A stretch of DNA of 64,000 bases. Origin: Sphyrna mokarran (taxonomy: Eukaryota). The translations under genes and the position numbers were made by a program. The DNA is taken from NCBI GenBank assembly GCA_024679065.1, contig JAGIQG010000004.1:73222001-73286000 (forward strand). The letters run 5' to 3'. Below the pieces are notes generated by a model that did no database searches, was not told the origin of the DNA, and saw only the letters and a program-made list of their open reading frames with translations. Every line of letters starts with the position of its first letter. Position 1 is the first letter of the stretch. Shown here piece after piece: positions 63,791 to 64,000 of this stretch.

Positions 63791-64000
63791 ATCATAGAAT
63801 TCTACAGTATAGAAGGAGGTCATTTGGCCCTTCGAGTCTGCATCGATCTCAGTCCCAATACCCATTGCCCTGTGCATTTACCCTAGCCAGTCCCCCTACC
63901 ACTGAGGGGCAATTTGGCATGGCTAACCCATCTAACCTGCACATCTTTGGTCTGTGGGAGGAAACTGGAGCACCTGGAAGAAATCCACACAGACACAAAG
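63791..64000 (-). mobile_element. HE1-type V-SINE (runs off the window end)
   Basis: aatcatagaattctacagtatagaaggagg tail; tgtgggaggaaactggagcacctgg V-domain. Confidence 0.9.

Noticed and set aside
1-64000. CRISPR array, operon or prokaryotic defence system
   Set aside because: The sequence is eukaryotic and repeat-rich, with no regularly spaced direct repeats or gene-dense tracts

Overview
Vertebrate genomic DNA, almost certainly from a shark: it carries HE1/V-SINEs, HER1/CR1 LINEs, SacSINE1-like DeuSINEs and shark-type Penelope tails. I found no intact protein-coding gene. The window looks intronic or intergenic, is dominated by decayed transposons, and has one 153-N gap. Most ORFs in the track are TE fragments or chance. 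Main findings: (1) a ~210-bp U2 snRNA-derived, A-tailed element (33970-34178) in which the branch-point recognition sequence is replaced by two tandem hairpin modules, a candidate SINEU-like family or retrocopy of an unknown U2-variant RNA; (2) a processed MYLIP/IDOL FERM-domain pseudogene (41747-~42070) that directly abuts an antisense Penelope hammerhead tail; (3) minimal hammerhead ribozyme motifs in Penelope-like termini, one with an intact core (1922-1958, minus); (4) a two-LTR Ty1/copia (GalEa-like) relic (46182-50838, minus) with a tRNA-iMet-like PBS, whose nested insertions can be removed to restore coding motifs; (5) a Gypsy relic with an unexplained K/E-rich middle. All homology calls come from reading the sequence against remembered consensus sequences, not from searches. 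Boundaries of old repeats are approximate (tens of bp).
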